DNA of 62,311 nucleotides, filler included, from Basidiobolus ranarum (Eukaryota), in assembly GCA_040143965.1 (NCBI GenBank). It is 6 parts of 6 records of this genome, joined end to end, with 100 filler letters (N's around TTAATTAATTAA, not from the genome) between each part and the next. Parts side by side here need not be neighbours in the genome. Positions count along the whole stretch, not along the records: positions 52,029 to 62,311 come from JASJQH010007598.1; 5 more parts are not named here. The stretch is one strand, 5' to 3'. The notes beneath the pieces were generated by a model that made no database searches, was not told the DNA's origin, and saw only the letters and a list, made by a program, of their open reading frames with translations. Shown in pieces: positions 59,362-62,311 of this stretch (within the stretch, counting starts at the first letter, position 1; every line of letters starts with the position of its first letter). The translations under genes were made by a program, and so were the position numbers.

Positions 59362-62311
59362 TCAATAATGTTGGCGGAACGAAGGGTGACTGTCAGAGGA
59401 AACTACATTATCACTAGAAAATTTATCTACAGAAAAGTCGGAAGACGAGGACATTCCACCTTCATGATGAAAGCCGGACGTGGTCTGGCTTCCGGATCCG
59501 TTATCATTACTGTTCATATTATTTCCAAAGCGAGGCTGAGGAGTCATGCTGGAGTGATTCTCTTGGTTTTCTTGCTTCTGATATTGGAGCTGTTGTAATT
59601 GCATTTGAAGTTGTTGTTGTTGCAGCTGTTGTATCTGCTGTTGAAGTTGGGGGTTTTGAAACTGATTCTGGCCAGTGGATCCATTGACGCCTACCAGTCC
59701 CGGAATATTCATCATAGCATACGGATTCAGGAGGGAGTTATACATGCCTGGGTTAACGTACATATTATTGTAGGCTGCTTGAGGATAGCCTGCTCCCATC
59801 TGTGGGTTGGCCAATAGTGTATTGAACATAGGGTGTTGTCCAGCACCCTGATATTGGAGGGAATTACTGCCTCCAGCACTATTGCCTTGTAAACCAGCAG
59901 ATACGTTAAGCTTGGCATTTATGTCATGGGGATTAGGGAACGCGTAGCCAGATCCACTCATATCAGAATATTGCTTGAAACCGTAGCCAAGTCCCAGTTC
60001 TTCCATCAATCGTCGATAGCCCTGTACTTGATGAACTTGGAGTTTTCCAAGCATCATCTTGACACGCTCAGAGAAAGTGGATTTTTCAGGCTCTTCGATA
60101 TAATTGCTTGCAAGTATCTTTTGAATGAGGCCAACTCCGTGCACTTGATCGCTGAGCACATCTTCAAGAACCTGGTCCCGCATGAATAAACCTTGCAATA
60201 AAAGATCACGAGCATCGGATTCAACTTTCTGATTGACAATCTTGAAAAATGTTAGAGAAGCTAATTTATGAGTGCAAAGATGGCTTAAATGACCAATAAA
60301 TTGAGGAGCCAGTGCACGGTATCTTCCAGCCAAATTGGAGGAATCGAGCAACCAAGTCAAAAGGAGCGATCCATTGGGATTTGTTGCTAAAAGAAGGGCA
60401 TTATGTACAAGGGCAACGGCGACAAGTCTCTGTTGGCGCTTGGTAGTATATTGACTTTCAAGGCAAGCACGAATGGCACGAGCACCAAATCTTCCTTGAG
60501 CAACCTCCCCGCAACGGGCGTGAATGGCATCATAAATGAATTGGTTACGCTGTGGTCCTAGACGAAGACAGCACTGAATGACATAGTTTCCAAATTGATC
60601 AAGAAGCAAAGGTGGTGCAAAAGGTCTCAACGAGGCTACTATGGGCTGCATTTGAGCGGGTGTAGTTGCGCAATCAATCATTTTTTGAATGGCCCAAGTG
60701 CCATTTTTGTGAACGCCGATAGAAGCCATATGGGGCGCAACTCTTTCAATCAACATCAACTTGTGACTGTCTCCCCCACGTTCCATTAATTTTTGAATAA
60801 CAGTATTGCCAATATAGTCTGAACAATTAGAGTGTTAGTAATGGGACCATAAACTATAGAAAACATGCAACATAGTACCTGAACAAAGGTCAACCGAATC
60901 TTCATATAGCTCTTGGAATATAGTCTCTAAATCTTTGGTTGATGATGTATGATTATCAAGTCGTTTGCGAATTTCTCGAAGACGAGATTGATCTATTTTA
61001 CGATTGATATTGGGCTCAGGAACAGGAGGAAGTGAGGATGCGTAAGGAAAGGCTATCAAATTATCGTCCATAACAAGTGGGCCCAGCAAATCTACAGTCT
61101 CGTACATTCCAGAGGAATTATTATTTACGGGCGAATTAAGAGATGGCTCCGATTCACCCGTAGAAGTCACAGGCAATCCTCCTAGGCCTGTAACACTTGA
61201 GCTCCATGGGGCCATGGAGGTTGAGGACTGAGTTAAAGTGGAAGAAAATGGAAGTCCGAAAGGAGTGGCTCCGAGTTTGGAATTAGTGGCATCTTTTGGA
61301 GGAACCTTGGCGTAACCAATTCTTACGGCAGATCCATATATCTCCTTATTATTCATTTCTTTTCTGGCTTGGACAGCATCCTCCACCTTTTCAAAGTTAA
61401 CAAAGCCACAGTTTTTATGGGTGAGGATTCTAGCAGACTCGATAGCCCCAAAGGCGGCGAAGACAGCTTGAAGAGCAGCTGGAGTGATGGAAGCAGAAAT
61501 ATTTCCAATCCCTAGTTACAATAAATGTTTGACAATAAATATCAACTCAAGAGACGAATCACGGTAAAATATAACTTACAGAGAGCCCTTGTAGGTTGCA
61601 TCGTTTGAGCATCAGAGGTATAAATATCCGCCTGGAAGGCAAATATATTCTTAGAGTGCGACTTAGGGTTGGGAATAAATATAAGATTTACCTTGCCGTA
61701 ACCCACTCGAATAATGCAATTTCCAACTCTACCACCTTGCATTTCGTCTCTAGCACGGATAGCATCTTCAATTTTTACATAATTAACGAAAGCGCATTCT
61801 TTTTCTGGAAGCAAACGAAGTGATTCGATGGGTCCATAGGGAGAAAAGATGGATATAAGATCTGCAGACGTCAAAGAACCATCAATATTTCCAATCCACA
61901 GAGAGCGTGTGGGCGAGACATGATCAGCAGTAGACATTTCAAGAGAGTCCAAATGCTGAAAATCAATATCAAAAGGCATAAATAAAAATTCATGGATTTC
62001 AGAACCAAAGTCGGTTACCTCTTGGTCAAATTCATTTCCACTTTCAAAAGATTGGCGATGGCTGAGAAACTATACGAAGCAATGTACACATGAGAAAGAG
62101 CTAGACACTTAAACCAGAATAGATTAAACTACGTACAGTGTCGGGGCCATTCAAACCTAAACCGCTATTCATGGAACCATTGTCATGATACATCAAATTG
62201 TCATTACTGTATTTGTTTGCGAGTGACATATCAGAATTTGAGCTGTTGTCAATAGGGGAAAAAAAGGTTTGTGGAGCCTCCAAAAACCCGACCGAAATTG
62301 CAAGCGTGCGA
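59362..62311 (-). CDS. Pumilio/PUF RNA-binding protein with two RRMs (Jsn1/Puf2-like), multi-exon, 5'-truncated
   Basis: RRMs (SLWIGNI..CAFVNY; KNCGFVNF), PUF repeats (GNTVIQK, NGTWAIQK, FGNYVIQC, FGARAIRA), C-terminal polyQ low-complexity region. Confidence 0.92.

Noticed and set aside
59550-59650. PolyQ/CAA-CAG tract in the PUF protein
   Set aside because: Ordinary low-complexity region for this family

Overview
Eukaryotic (fungal) genomic DNA, not prokaryotic: short GT-AG introns (about 55-75 nt), and eukaryote-specific genes (importin alpha, Rad6, Nup85, Atg15, TFIIF, PUF). The style fits an early-diverging fungus such as Basidiobolus; that is inference only. The window is six contigs of about 10.3 kb, in descending length order, joined by artificial 100-nt linkers (N44-TTAATTAATTAA-N44), so adjacency across linkers is meaningless. 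Contig 1: an EcKL/APH-like small-molecule kinase, an unknown gene with a spliced uORF, and a divergent pair of small paralogues. Contig 2: a frameshifted OLE1 desaturase, a bZIP factor, importin alpha and an orphan Gly-rich gene fragment. Contig 3: a BAHD acyltransferase, Ty1/copia relics, a guanine deaminase pseudogene and a secreted GAGAYD-repeat protein. Contig 4: a conserved coiled-coil protein, RAD6, RIB7 and NUP85. Contig 5: the ATG15 3' end, two small unknown genes and an M50B peptidase. Contig 6: a C2H2 factor, TFG1 and an RRM-PUF protein. Most striking: (1) riboflavin-pathway reductase Rib7 fused in frame to a ~350-aa YPP-repeat low-complexity tail; (2) a head-to-head pair of small orphan proteins sharing a C-terminal 'FSLTPxVAR' module; (3) a silk/resilin-like secreted GAGAYD family, one fragment of which sits between 11-bp direct repeats. 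No rRNA, tRNA or CRISPR recognised. All calls are by eye; no searches were run.
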